A stretch of 64,000 bases of DNA, from NCBI GenBank assembly GCA_946965045.2, contig OX337238.1:558001-622000 (forward strand). The letters run 5' to 3'. Made by a program: the position numbers and the translations under genes. The notes under the pieces are model-generated. The model was not told the origin of the DNA and did not search any database. It saw nothing but the letters and a program-made list of their open reading frames with translations. Positions within the stretch are counted from its first letter, which is position 1. Every line of letters begins with the position of its first letter. Below are positions 22,451-34,702 of this stretch, one piece after another. The DNA comes from Epithemia pelagica. Lineage: Eukaryota; Protista; Bacillariophyta.

Positions 22451-23764
22451 GATGGACAATGATGAGAATGACACTGTGCTGCTGCTACTGGTGGTGGACT
22501 CTGATGGTGTCGACAAGTTTCTCTTCAGAGACCCAAGACTTTCGATTACTGTCTACCTGGATATCGCGCACCTCTGTTGTCGAACATTCCCATACAACCG
22601 AAACCCTCCGATTGCGGGGGTACCTCCCGTCTGTTCTCTATACGGCTATTACCAAATTTTCGAAGAAAATCTAAAAACTATCTCAGTCAAATTTCTTCCG
22701 ATTTTGCAAAAAATATAACGTCCAAACCAACTGTAATAACTGGATTCGATGTAGCCGCTTGCGCACCTGCATGGGAACTTTGAGCAAAGAAATCTACGAG
22801 TCGGATTAGTACTCTGTAGTCTATACTGCCTCAGCAGCGAGTACTCTTCATGGTGCAGTGGCTCAAGCTTCACGGAACAATGGCAAATCGCACACCCCAA
22901 CCATGAAATACACACACATGCTTGATGCTTGGCAATGCACCTACCAACGAAAGTTCCTGGCACTTTGTCTATGGCTAAGATGAAGGCATAGTCCACATTC
23001 TCCTAATATCTTTCTACTCTTTTTAGTTAAGGCTTCCTAGGCTTCTCCATAGCAGGATGAAGCTGTCCTTCGTTTGACTTCGTCGTCCGAACTTCATTGC
23101 AGTGGTTGATTGTCATGTTCTCATCCTTCCTTTGATGCATGCCGCGTTGACTTGTGATCTAGGAGGATTCTTTTGGCCACAAAGTTGTCACTGTGGTCGG
23201 TCATCCGGCTGGATTGTTCTCTTTTGGTTTTTGGTGTGGCCATTGTGGTCTTTCATGGTGTTGCTCTAGAAAAGTGAGACGATTCACGCCACCAAAAACC
23301 AATACGATTGGGGCGTGACCGTGACCGACGTGACAGGCGCGTCGATTTGGAACGATTGAAGTCAGGCTGGCGCTTTGACACGGCTGGCGCTTTGGGAAAA
23401 AATACTACAGACAATTTTTTCCTTTCGGATGACGGACGAAAAAAGGTACCCCCCCAATCACACCCAAATCAGACCCCATCCCCCCAAACGACGATCGTGG
23501 CGCCCCACTCGATTCGTGACGAATCGGATGACAACTTCTCATTTCCCCCCACCAGAGAAAGGGCTTGCCCCTTTTGCAAGTTTTTCGGTAAAACTCGCAA
23601 GAAAACCGTCACTTAACGTCTTTTTGGTGCGACCGCGTGCTAGGTACGCCCGCACGCGTGATGAGGGAGATGAGCGCAACATGATGGCAACAGTGACGAT
23701 GCCAACCAAAGCTTTGGCCTTGTTTTGATTCATCTTCTACCCAACACACTTTCCAATTCTCATC

Positions 23765-24262
23765 ATGCAGACTTCCTTGGGTTCCCTTTTGTCTCGAACG
23801 ACCCGTTCGATTTCTGTTTCATGCCTGAACCACGGTGAAAGAGTGCATCGACTAATGACGAGTTGCCATGGTCCCCGACTCCTCCTATGGAACAGTACTA
23901 CTTCTCGGACAAGACTCCACGACACGCATGTGGCTTTCCGAACGCGTGGGACGACGGTCCACCAAGGAGGAGGTGGTAACAACTCTCGGTTGGTGGAGGC
24001 ATTATCCGGTCAATGTCGGTTCTCTTCCAAACCACCAACGACTACGACCTCACGCAAGGGTCGCGATTATTTGTTGGATAATAACAATCATCGACGACGC
24101 AAGGAAGTGGTCCAGCCCGGTGGGTTGATGGTGACCATGGTCGTTCTGGTCTGCAGTGTCGTGTCGGCCGTGGCCATGGCCTATTGCGAACCACCTTGCG
24201 AACCATCACCCCCGAACCAACGTCGTACTGCCAGTGAGAGGAACGGAGATGAGGCACCCTAA
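23765..24262 (+). CDS. Hypothetical small protein with mitochondrial-presequence-like N-terminus and one TM
   Basis: Arg/Ser-rich, acid-poor N-terminus and LMVTMVVLVCSVVSAVAMAYCE. No recognisable domain. The frame stays open after the TAA until 24703. Confidence 0.3.
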   Translation: MQTSLGSLLSRTTRSISVSCLNHGERVHRLMTSCHGPRLLLWNSTTSRTRLHDTHVAFRTRGTTVHQGGGGNNSRLVEALSGQCRFSSKPPTTTTSRKGRDYLLDNNNHRRRKEVVQPGGLMVTMVVLVCSVVSAVAMAYCEPPCEPSPPNQRRTASERNGDEAP

Positions 24263-24825
24263 ACCGCCATGGCAATGTTGCCGGATCGAACCAGGAGAGA
24301 CGCGCCACCACTACGGTTGTGTTCCTCTCTTTCTGTTTGGTCGGTACAATTCTCAATTTCGGGGGTCTGTTCTTGGCAATCGATTCTGGATTCACCTTTT
24401 GTGTTCGAGGGAAGAATGGCAGACGGCACGTTGAGGGCGTTTGCGTTTGCTCTGTTTCGATGGTTGCAGATTGCAGTATGTCTCTCACCCTCTCGACCAA
24501 CCCAATCTCTATCACGGCGCTTCAACCGTGGGTGTTGTTTGAAAGGTCCATTCTTTGAGGTCTCAAGGATGATTCGGGAAATGACTGTACTCGAACAGTA
24601 TATCATAACAAAACAAATGCTACCTACTAAGTACAGGAGTCTGAGAATCATGGAACGTTTCTATCTTGTTATGAATCAAGCTGAGGCTCTAGGTGCCTTT
24701 TAGGAGTGAGCCAAAAAAGCTCAAACCTCCAAGCATTGTTTGTCGAATAAGGAACCAACCAGAAAGGCCACACACTGGGCAATCTACTGGAGAGATTTGC
24801 TGGGATCCACGCACACGAGGTCAAG

Positions 24826-25839
24826 TCACAAGGACTGTTTCAAAGGGGACGAATGACCCGAACCGTCGACACTGCCATTCCCCGCTCGTTCGGCGAGTTG
24901 ATGTTCCAATTGACGAATGGGTTTGCCCCATCGATGGTATCCCGTATGACGCGCCAATTTGCGGTAGTGCTCCAGCAATTCCCGTTCCAACGAATGATAG
25001 TGCGCCAGTTGCTGCAACTGACCCTTGAGGGCTTCCTTTTCTTTCCAAGATTCCTTGAGAAGCTCGTCCTTGGTTTTGAGTTTGAGCTTGATGGTATCTT
25101 TGGTCAAGGCCAATTTGGAAAGGCCCAGTTTCAGCGAAGCGGTTTCATCTTCCAACTGTCTTTGCTGTTGAGAGGACTCGTGGAGCTGCTCTTGCAGCTT
25201 TTTGGTTTCGCTCAAAGCTTGCGCCAATTCCGTCCGCTTCTTTTTCAAGTTTCCCAAGGTTTTGCTACGCTGAGAGACTGCCGCTTCTTCTGCTTTTTGC
25301 AGGCGAACGAGTTCCCGTCGTGCCTCGTGCAATGTCGTTTCCAATGTTTCGATCCTCGCCGCCGCATCATCCTCATCGTCATCATTGCAGTGATACGAGT
25401 GGTCCCGATTCAAACTGGTTTCCTCCGCACCATACTCTCCAGACGAGGAGGAGGACAAGGGTTCAACAGATGTGGTAATAATCCAGGTTGGCGTGGCGGT
25501 AGTAGACGCCATGGAAGCCGGAGAGGAGCGAGAGGAGAGTTCGGTATCATCAGAAGACGGTGACAATTCCACAATGGGTTTGGTATCGCCACACGCCGGA
25601 CCATTCATGGTCTCCTCCACAATGGGTGCAAAGGCACCACCGCCGACTCTTTTGGTGGTTGTGGTTGTTGTTTCCGAATCCACCAGTTTGGTAGCTCCGT
25701 TGGGTGCGGCACCTGCGTCACGGGAATGAGCTTCCTTCTCGGAATCCACGGTGGAATTGGGTTCGTCGCTGTGGTTGTGGTAGGTCGCTTTCCTCCTCGA
25801 CCACTCCTCCTGCTTCGCAATGAGAATGCTTTGCGACAT
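24826..25839 (-). CDS. Coiled-coil protein, unknown function
   Basis: Disordered N-terminal half, then ~110 aa of heptads (IETLETTLHEARRELVRLQ...). Probable ATG at 25839. Confidence 0.65.
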   Translation of the reverse strand: MSQSILIAKQEEWSRRKATYHNHSDEPNSTVDSEKEAHSRDAGAAPNGATKLVDSETTTTTTKRVGGGAFAPIVEETMNGPACGDTKPIVELSPSSDDTELSSRSSPASMASTTATPTWIITTSVEPLSSSSSGEYGAEETSLNRDHSYHCNDDDEDDAAARIETLETTLHEARRELVRLQKAEEAAVSQRSKTLGNLKKKRTELAQALSETKKLQEQLHESSQQQRQLEDETASLKLGLSKLALTKDTIKLKLKTKDELLKESWKEKEALKGQLQQLAHYHSLERELLEHYRKLARHTGYHRWGKPIRQLEHQLAERAGNGSVDGSGHSSPLKQSL

Positions 25840-27033
25840 TTCAACAATCACACGCTTCCTTTGGTTGATGTACCACCAAACGGCAATCTCTGTCCAGGAC
25901 CACAAGGAGCAACCTGCAAGCAAAGGAAAGCAGTAGGGTGTCAGGAAACAATGCGTCTAGCTAGTACAGTTGAGCAACGAGGAAGGAAGGACGCATTGGG
26001 AATCCATCGTCCTTTCTGCACACATGTCACTACAACCCAACCAACCAGTGCCGTGGACGAATCACTTCCAGCCGAGCCATGTGTGTGTGGTTCGAGTCCT
26101 GTCCCCGTTCTTCTTCCCACCGGATTGGCACTCCCACATTCATGGCGTGACAACCAACAAGACACGACAGACATACCTTCTTCGAGTATAAAGTTAGTGT
26201 GGAAGCCAAAATAATGGAGACTCTATCAAACGGAAGGAACTGCAATGGAACAGGTATACAAAAGGTTGCTCCTCGTGTGCGTTTTGTGACATGTTTGTCT
26301 CGACGACTCCCTTCCTGGTGTCTGCTTCTCGACAAAACTCATCCACACACAACCCATTCGGATCTTTCTCGTAAAAGACCCATCTGATGGTGTCGTTTCG
26401 TGAAACTTTTGTGATGGACTATCAGAGAAAGTGTACACATCCGCTTCCTTCCATCGCCGGCTGGCGCGGGACCAACGCCCGCGGGAACAAGAAGAGAAGG
26501 GAAAGAGGAGGCGCCGGCGTTCAGTCATTCCATCATAGGAAAATGCTGGCTGGCGCGAGACCTGGCATCCTGCGCGGCGCCGGCACTCGCTTCCGAGTTC
26601 TCAGAGACCATGGAGGACCATGGCACAATGGCGCACCCACCGCAATGGACAAGTAAGATCTGTACCTGCACAGCATGACCATGACAAGTCTGCTTCCCTT
26701 CGATCCCTTCCAGAGAGTAATGCAGTGAAAGGGATTCGATTGTGCAGCCTTTTCCTGAGGAAGATTTCCGGGCACCTCTTTGGTTTCCAAAGACTGTTGT
26801 TGTTGCTCCTCGAGCCAAACGTGGCGACTGGGACCAATCCACTCGCGACTGTCCGGAATGTCTGTCGACCTTTGCGATGAAATGGGCACCAACTCGAGAG
26901 GGAGACTTGTGGCATTGTGCAAACGTGCGCAGACACAAGCTCGTTGTGCGCACGTTTCCCTACCAATGTTGGTCGACTGGAAAACGGGACACCACAAACC
27001 CCAAATTCGTAAAAGATTTACACGCTTGATACC

Positions 27034-29109
27034 ATGACCGACTACCAAACCATGATGACGAGGACGACGACGACAAGCAACGATCCACACCTGTCGTCGT
27101 CCATTGCTGGTTGCTTTTTTCTCACCCAATCCCGTCTCTCAACCCATCTTTCCCTCCTCACCCGCCATCCCCACGACTATGGACAAGCACTCGACGCCAT
27201 TTTGGGCCACTCGACCAGTGACAGCGGTGGCGACATGGTCTCCACCTTGAGTTCTGCCACCAAGGCGCGTGTCGTGGCGGCCTTGCAAATGACGGGTCAC
27301 CACCAATTGGTGGATCGATTCCTCCCACACTGTACCGTGGTGGAACTGGCCAAGGCGGCTCAAATCTTGGATCGTCCGCGTCTTATTCACCAGCTCGAGC
27401 GCCGGATTGCCGCCATTGAACAAGCTCATCCGCATTTACAAGAACAACATGAAGAAGAAGAACGACAACAAGACCACTCCAAAGCCAAACGTCGTGCCAC
27501 TGCCAGACATTCAAAGAGACGTGGACACCATGGTCGAGGTAGAAAAGGAGCCATGGAACTAGACGACAATGACAAGATGGATTGTTCTCCAACGGTCAAA
27601 CGTCGCAAGCGCCGCATTCACGTCTACCGCAAAGAGCTCAAGCATCAAAAATCGTTACTGAACGAACTCTGTAGCTGTCCGAATGATGCACCAGAACAAC
27701 TCGACCCCAAAGCCGTCCAGGCGGTTCACGAACTTGTGGCATCGGCGTCTCTTTCCGGGGCCTTTGCGCGCAAGGTTCGACGCGTGGTCCAGCAGGTACC
27801 GTCGGACGTGTTGGAGTTTGTCCTCTTGTCGGGAGCGGTCGACTACTGGAAACGGTTGGCGGATGTGATTCATTTCCGACCCACTGACTTTGCGGTGCCG
27901 TTTTTCCTGTCGGCCATTCATGGCAGTCCCCTGCCCGAAGGATCCTTTTTCCACGGCATGCAACAATTGGCTCACGTTCCGGATGATACTCTCGTGGAAC
28001 ACTTTACCAATCTTGCTGCGTCGTATCCGCAGCAATTGTTTCGGGCCTTTAACTTTTTGCGGACCGAACCGCGCTTGCTGCGAAACCCCGAAATTGCTCG
28101 TCTCTTGGCGCACAAGATTCCCGTGACGACGGCCCTTTGGTATCTGGAAGAATTGGCCCAATCGTCGTCCAAACTCGTGCCCTCCATTCTCGGTCAGCGC
28201 TTACAGGAGGAGACGGATTGGATGGACGACCAGAGCTCCAAAGTGACCAACTCGTTTGGCAAGCTGTTGGAACGCATTTGGACCTTTCGGACCCTGGGTT
28301 TCTCCTCGGTTGCCCAACAACTCTTGCCCGCCGCCGAGAAGCGGTTGCAGGCCTTGCGAGACACGTGGGCCAGTGAATGGGAGGAGGAGGAGGAGGGATT
28401 GACCGTCATTTTGGGGGACAAGTCCCATTCCATGGACAGTGCCATTCGAGCCGCCACCATCCTGGCGGCCATGATCTCCACCTGTTTCCGCGGTGAATTG
28501 TCCTTTTTTGATCATATGTACCGAACGTCTCCTCATGCCAGGCCCACGACGGTCCAACAAGTGTTGGATATTTGCCGGCAAATTCGTGCTTCGGGGGGAA
28601 CCTCTTTGGCGGCCGCCTTGTGGCCCTACTGCAAGGCCAAGCGCCAGATGGACCGGATTATTCTAGTCACGGATGAAGAAGAAAATACCGACTACAATGG
28701 ATATTCCTTTGCCAAGTTGCTTGGCGAATACAAGAATGAGGTGTTTGCGGATGTGGAGTTGGTGATTGTTTGCATCGACAAGGGCGATGCAATGTTCCGC
28801 CAGAGCCTGGAACGGTACAAGATTGACTGCCGACGAATCGAAATTGATGGTTCGAGACCGGATCTTTCCAAGTTTGATTCCCTGTTGCGCCAGATTGCCT
28901 TGCTCTCCTGCAAAAAGACGACAAGAGCGAAACTGGATGCTCCACCAACAGACTCGGATTCGGTTCCGCCATCGATTGTCCACGTGCCGGGCCAATCCTC
29001 GGTGGATTCTGTTAGCATGGTGGATCACCCGAATCACTCCGTGGAAACGGCTAGTATGGCGGATAGCTTTGTGGTGTTGGACAATGACGAGACGATGAAT
29101 TGCTGGTAG
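27034..29109 (+). CDS. TROVE/Ro60-like helical domain + C-terminal vWA (MIDAS) protein
   Basis: vWA MIDAS LGDKSHSM (DxSxS), GGTS and IILVTDEEEN in Ro60-like order, preceded by ~350 aa of helical sequence and a basic NLS-like KRRKRR. Confidence 0.65.
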   Translation: MTDYQTMMTRTTTTSNDPHLSSSIAGCFFLTQSRLSTHLSLLTRHPHDYGQALDAILGHSTSDSGGDMVSTLSSATKARVVAALQMTGHHQLVDRFLPHCTVVELAKAAQILDRPRLIHQLERRIAAIEQAHPHLQEQHEEEERQQDHSKAKRRATARHSKRRGHHGRGRKGAMELDDNDKMDCSPTVKRRKRRIHVYRKELKHQKSLLNELCSCPNDAPEQLDPKAVQAVHELVASASLSGAFARKVRRVVQQVPSDVLEFVLLSGAVDYWKRLADVIHFRPTDFAVPFFLSAIHGSPLPEGSFFHGMQQLAHVPDDTLVEHFTNLAASYPQQLFRAFNFLRTEPRLLRNPEIARLLAHKIPVTTALWYLEELAQSSSKLVPSILGQRLQEETDWMDDQSSKVTNSFGKLLERIWTFRTLGFSSVAQQLLPAAEKRLQALRDTWASEWEEEEEGLTVILGDKSHSMDSAIRAATILAAMISTCFRGELSFFDHMYRTSPHARPTTVQQVLDICRQIRASGGTSLAAALWPYCKAKRQMDRIILVTDEEENTDYNGYSFAKLLGEYKNEVFADVELVIVCIDKGDAMFRQSLERYKIDCRRIEIDGSRPDLSKFDSLLRQIALLSCKKTTRAKLDAPPTDSDSVPPSIVHVPGQSSVDSVSMVDHPNHSVETASMADSFVVLDNDETMNCW

Positions 29110-29507
29110 ACTTGTAATGGTAGAGAGAATTTCGGACTAGGATCCAAGAAAGCTTCGTATAAGCAGAGGGGGAATATGATATCAATGGTGGGAACCTATT
29201 AGAGTCTATTATTCAGAAACCACCGGACCAAAGATGCCGTGCGAGAAACACACAGTTAAAGAGTGGTGTATCGTGTCTTTTTGTTTCCATGGACGGTTTG
29301 TCGTGTAGTATAGTAGAGTATTGAGAATGTTGAATGGCACAGCATCATCTTGGGGTGGTGGTGGAGGAAATCATGTTCAAGTCCGAAAATTTGACAGCAG
29401 CGTGGGAGAGCGAGAGATAATTAAAAAACATTGGGCGGCACATTGTACTACGGTAGTGGGATTCCAAGTAACAACAAGCCCCAATCGTACAACAAACACT
29501 GGTCGGT

Positions 29508-31196
29508 TTACTTTTTTCGAGTCACCACGGCGTGTGTCAATCGCACCAATGCATTTCGTGATTCCGATTCTGGAAGACGTAACAAGGCATCGACCGCTCG
29601 CTAAAGGACAGCAAAATGAATGTAAGATTTTGGACGGTCGACAAGACACATACAATCATCAGCTGCCACTGTTTGTCTTACCTGTGCATGAAACCGAGCC
29701 AATGCTTTGGCCTTGTCCATGGCCACCTCACTCTTATACAGAGCTTCCAGAGCCGTTTGCTTGTCGCCCTTGTTCTTGAATCTTCGCATGACCAAGGGAC
29801 GAAGATGCGGGAATTCTTGGGCGGCATACAGTATGGGGGCCGTACTCAGACCCAAGTCCATGTCGGCCAGTGCGGGCTTGCCCAGAACGGACGCTGCCGC
29901 TGTGAAATCCAAAATGTCATCTTGGATTTGGTAGGCCAATCCCAAATGAAAGCCAAACTCTTCACATGCCGTAGCCACTGTCGATCCGTAGGCATGTCCC
30001 CCCAAGAGCGCCGTGGACCGACAGGCATAGCAAATGAGGGACGCAGTCTTGTAGTAGGACTTGCGCAAGTAGGTTTCCATTTCCAACAAGGATTCGGGTG
30101 GGCTTTTCAATTGCATGATTTCTCCCGCAACCAAGGACTCCAATGCCGTCGCCATGATCTGCACGACGGCCGTGTTCTCCAATCGAGCCAACAAAACAGA
30201 GGCTCTCGCCAGCAAATAGTCACCGGCAAGAACTGCAACCTTGTTGGAATAAAGTTTATGCACCGCTTCACCACCACGACGCGTGTCAGCCTCATCCAAC
30301 ACATCGTCATGGATCAATGATGCGACATGGATCATTTCTACAATTTGTCCCAGTTGCGCCTGTCGTCGCCACACGTCGGAGCCCATGTGATTATCAGGAG
30401 TCACAATTCCCCCTTCCACTTCCACCGATGAGGCTCCACTCCACTGCCATCCCGATACACCACCAGGCTTCTCAAAGACATCTTCGTGGTGCGCCTTACC
30501 ATTGACATCGCCGTTCATGCCATTCAGATCAACCGTATCCGTGTGAAATCCATTCCCAATGGACTCTGGTGTGGCTGCCGCCACAGCTTTGCCCATTAAC
30601 TGGACAATTGTGGGACGGAACCGTTTTCCATGTCGCTTTTCGAAAAAGTGTTTGGCCGCCATGGACAGAATTGGCTGATCGGACGAGACCAACTCTTTGA
30701 TCGAGTCGGAAAATGGTTGGAGCTCTTTTTCTACCATCTTAAATGGATCTGGAAGTTTCCCAATTTTCTTGGACCCTCCCAGATCCTCGTAATCCTCAAG
30801 TTGGAGGCCCTCCAAAGGATCCTCCTCGGCTCCAGTCTTTAGAATGGAACCATCTCGCATACTATTCCCACTGGTGGATGCCGGAATGACACCTCCCTCT
30901 TGCTCCGTCAGCATCTGAAACAATTCGTAACTGGGAGTGAGTTTCATTGTGGTTTCCGAGTGACTCAAGGCTTCCGCCTCTTCGGAAACGACTACAGGGT
31001 TGGGTCGCGATTTTTTCGTCATCTCCATGGTGGCGGTAGACATGGCATGTTGTGTCGCCTTCTCGGAGGATACCGAACCACCTGCTCTGTGTGGAAGGCT
31101 CGAGGGTGAAAACGACCATACCGAGGCACTGGACAAGACCATCAACACGAGGGCATTGCCCAAGATGTTTTGTGTGTTTTTGTTTATTACTTGCAT
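29508..31196 (-). CDS. SPS: Plastid-targeted long-chain trans-prenyl diphosphate synthase (solanesyl-PP synthase)
   Basis: Exons 31196-29682 and 29600-29508 (535 aa). FARM ASLIHDDVLD with small upstream residues (long-chain type), RRG, KTA and SARM QIQDDILD. Signal peptide ending SVWS-FSP (ASAFAP-like). Confidence 0.9.
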
Positions 31197-32696
31197 GGTT
31201 TCTGTGAACGAAAAGGAGCGGGGGGAAAGCAAAAAGTCGAGATTTAGCAACAACTCCAAAAATGAGAATAGACATCAACCAACACTCCAGCAATAGAGTC
31301 AACAACCACCAGCAAACTACCCGTTGCAACGGCGAAATGCGTCATTGTATCCTCCTAACACAAGAGCTCGACGACGACACACCTTCAATTCAAATGCAGG
31401 CTTTGCAAGTTGTATTTTCCTTAGTTCAATCTCGATCTCAGCTACAATGGCAAAGTCCCCAGTCAATTTGGTTCAATGCGACAAAGCAAAAGCTCTTTCC
31501 AGCAATTATCCTCACTTCGCTGTCGTTCGATGGATGGAGGTGACGGCAACCGAGATTCATTCACTTATCCTAGCTCAAACCAACAAACAACGCCACCGCA
31601 AGAGGATGAGTTGAGAAATAGACCACCTACGTGTTTGGAACCCATCACCACGTCCTCTGTGCTGTTCGATGTCTGAATTCTTCATATGACGTCATGTTCT
31701 ACTCTTTGGACCATATACGTAAATCATTAGGGATAAGGATTTTTCAAGCGCGACTGATCACCGTGACGAACCCCCAACCAACGCGGCACCAACACAGCGC
31801 CGCAGATGATCCCCAAAAAACCCCGAACGAAAAAGACACGCGGAGAACGATGACCAACCATTCGTGATGTAGACAACTGCCACAAAGAATACGAACCCAC
31901 ATTGTCATTGCTCTCAGTGTCGCGTCGTTTGTATCTGTTTTTGGTCGGAACTGTTTAGGGCGAACGATTGCGTCAGGGAACCAGATGATTGGGAATCACA
32001 AATCACAAGAGGTAAGAGGTGTCTGTGTCGACTTTTGGATTTGCCAGATGGATGATGCTTGAGTTGAGCTATGGTCCAACCTGAGACCTGCTGATGGAAA
32101 CACACTCTGGCATCATATGCCATTGACAGCTGCTGGACCAGAACGTGGTTGATCAATGGATTGATCTCATTGGGATAACAAGACACCCGAAGAGCGGATC
32201 GAGAATGACTATGGCAACTCGTCTGCACCTCTTGGCTTGAGTTCTCAAGAAAATCTCAATGCGAGAGCACAATTCTTCATCTTTCATGTCAACCATGACA
32301 CAACCACAAAACTGCACCAAAGAACAAATCGGTTCGAGCTGGTTATCTCAAGTTAAGGGCCAAAGGTGGGATTTGTGACTGGGTCAAAGAATAGGGTGTT
32401 CCTACCGAATCGATGAAGATGACTACCTAGAATCTCTCGAGGAGCTTGCACATGTCATTGTCATGAACACCTATTCGATTGGGTCGCTCTGGTGCAATGT
32501 CAAAGAGTCCTTTGAGCGGTGCACTTCTCCTGCGACGCTCAAAAAGGCTCTTCATTGTTAGAAGGAAGGAAACATGACTCCTATCATTGCAGGACAGAAG
32601 GCTACAAAAGTGAGGAAAAGAAACATTCTTTTCATGGTGTGTTCGTCTATCTATTAATGTATGGACAAGTGCAGCAACGTCCCAGAAGCTAAGGAG

Positions 32697-34583
32697 CTAG
32701 GAAGAAAACATTCCAGTCCGAATCATGTGTTGAAAGATCATGGAGGCTGCAATAACCTGTCCAATCGCAAACTTGATATCTTCCAGTCCAATCATGCGCA
32801 GCTCCGAGTACAAGAAGTAGGACTTGGACATGCGCCACTTGTAGCCACGAGGAAGGGTCGTTTGTTTTCCCAGGTCCAGAATCGCATTCCAAAGGAACGA
32901 AAAGGCATTGACAAATGGCATGAGAAAACTGAAAATGACCTCAATGAACAAAAAGGGCATGGGAGCCAAGGCATCGTAGGGGCCAAACTTGTTGAGCACC
33001 TCGTCGCAGGCTTGGACATTTTCTCCCGGACCTTGGGTTCGGAAAAAGCAGGGCCAGAGTGGAAAGGTCCAATACTTGACAATTTGGACGGGGTTCCATG
33101 GCATTTTGGGAGTGCAGCCAATCAGGCGTGCCACGGAGAGCATAAACGCCAGGTAATCCACCACAAGGGCATTTTCGGCCGAAAGATGAAAGCACTCGTC
33201 TTCGCAACCACCGTCCTGTTTGGCAATTTCGGCATAGTTGCGGGGGAGTTCCACGGCACCAATACGGAGTTGGGCAATATACCGAGCGAGCATTTCCGAA
33301 CATTGGGGAATCCCTCCGGAATGAGGACGTGCGTATCCGAGAAAGGCGACATGTTCTCCCATGGACGGAGGGAAGCAATGCTTGAACCAAGTTCGAGGGC
33401 TTCGAGAAATGTGACCACTGGGCGTATTCAACCAACTCAAGTCCACGCCATAACCGGTACAGGCCACAATCACATCGACGTCAATGTCAATTTCGTCCGG
33501 ATCTTTGGTAAAGTCATTGCCGAAATAGCTGGGTTCGTGAAAGGTGATTTTGCTTCCCTCACACGAGATTCGTGGTGCTACAGCAATGTCAATCTCGCCC
33601 CGTACGGCGGCAACAGCCATGATCATGGACTTGGTGGGAACCGTGGCCGTGTCGCTGGATGACTTGTCGGGAATGTAACTGGTGACATCCAGATCATACA
33701 AGACCCGCTGGGCGGAATGGTCGCCATGCTTGTTTTTGACGTCGTCGAGCAGCATGTGGAGGCAGGTGGACCAGACTCCAAGGGGCAAATTGCGCACAAT
33801 GCGGGAGGTTGCCATGGTTTCCAAAATATTGTTGGGCAACAAATCATCTTCTTGATGGGCCAAATGCTCCAGTTCATCACAATTGGAGTCGTAGATCATG
33901 TCACGGTTAAAACGGGGTGCCATGCTGGGATAATGTCGACCCCACACGGTCACAGATGAGGCGACCTTGCCGGCACTGTGTGCAACATCGGAAGCACTTT
34001 CGCCAGTCCCAACCACCAATACTTTTTTGCCCTTGACTTGCTGACCAGAATGGTAATCGGATGAGTGAAGAATCTCTCCCTTGAAACCATCAAAGATTGG
34101 TGGAAGAACTGGCTTTTGATTCGCCCCTGTAGCAACAATAAGATAATCAAATATTTGCATGACCCCGTCCTTTTTGTTATTGTTTGCATTCGCAGATGTC
34201 AAGACAACTTCCCATTTCTTGTCATTGTTCAAGTTGGCGTCCTTGACAACCGTACCAAGTTTGATGTGAGGATGCAATTGAAAGTGTTGTGCATAGTCGG
34301 AAAGGTACTCGTAGTATTCCGCCTTTGACCAGTATTTGATGGTCTTGTCTTTGGGGGGAAAGTCGGAAAAGGCCATGAACATGTTGGATGTTGTCAAATA
34401 CAGGTTTTCAAAAGTCACACTGGAGTTGGGCGAAAAGACACCGCCAATTTCATTCCGTGCGTCCACAGCGACAGCTTCCAGGCCTGCTTCACGCATTTCT
34501 TTGAGAGCACAGAGGCCAGATGGACCGGCACCGACAATAAGGACGCGAGAGGATGTGGTGGAAGAACAAGAAGAGGAAGACAT
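32697..34583 (-). CDS. Flavin-containing monooxygenase (class B FMO) with C-terminal hydrophobic anchor
   Basis: FAD GAGPSG, FMO fingerprint FKGEILHSSDY (FxGxxxHxxxY), NADPH GTGESASD, ATG motifs (VATGAN, ACTGY). Confidence 0.9.
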   Translation of the reverse strand: MSSSSCSSTTSSRVLIVGAGPSGLCALKEMREAGLEAVAVDARNEIGGVFSPNSSVTFENLYLTTSNMFMAFSDFPPKDKTIKYWSKAEYYEYLSDYAQHFQLHPHIKLGTVVKDANLNNDKKWEVVLTSANANNNKKDGVMQIFDYLIVATGANQKPVLPPIFDGFKGEILHSSDYHSGQQVKGKKVLVVGTGESASDVAHSAGKVASSVTVWGRHYPSMAPRFNRDMIYDSNCDELEHLAHQEDDLLPNNILETMATSRIVRNLPLGVWSTCLHMLLDDVKNKHGDHSAQRVLYDLDVTSYIPDKSSSDTATVPTKSMIMAVAAVRGEIDIAVAPRISCEGSKITFHEPSYFGNDFTKDPDEIDIDVDVIVACTGYGVDLSWLNTPSGHISRSPRTWFKHCFPPSMGEHVAFLGYARPHSGGIPQCSEMLARYIAQLRIGAVELPRNYAEIAKQDGGCEDECFHLSAENALVVDYLAFMLSVARLIGCTPKMPWNPVQIVKYWTFPLWPCFFRTQGPGENVQACDEVLNKFGPYDALAPMPFLFIEVIFSFLMPFVNAFSFLWNAILDLGKQTTLPRGYKWRMSKSYFLYSELRMIGLEDIKFAIGQVIAASMIFQHMIRTGMFSS

Positions 34584-34702
34584 GATGGAAGGATGTGTCG
34601 TAGGTTCTGATGTGTTGGTTTGAGAAGAAGAGGTTTTGGTTTTCTTGATTTTGTGAGACAGGATGGTTCATCCATATATCGATATGGAAAAGACAAAATG
34701 AA

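Noticed and set aside
26380-27030. Y-RNA gene beside the Ro60-like gene
   Set aside because: GC-rich promoter-like sequence, but I could not identify a terminal stem with a bulged C or a Pol III terminator.
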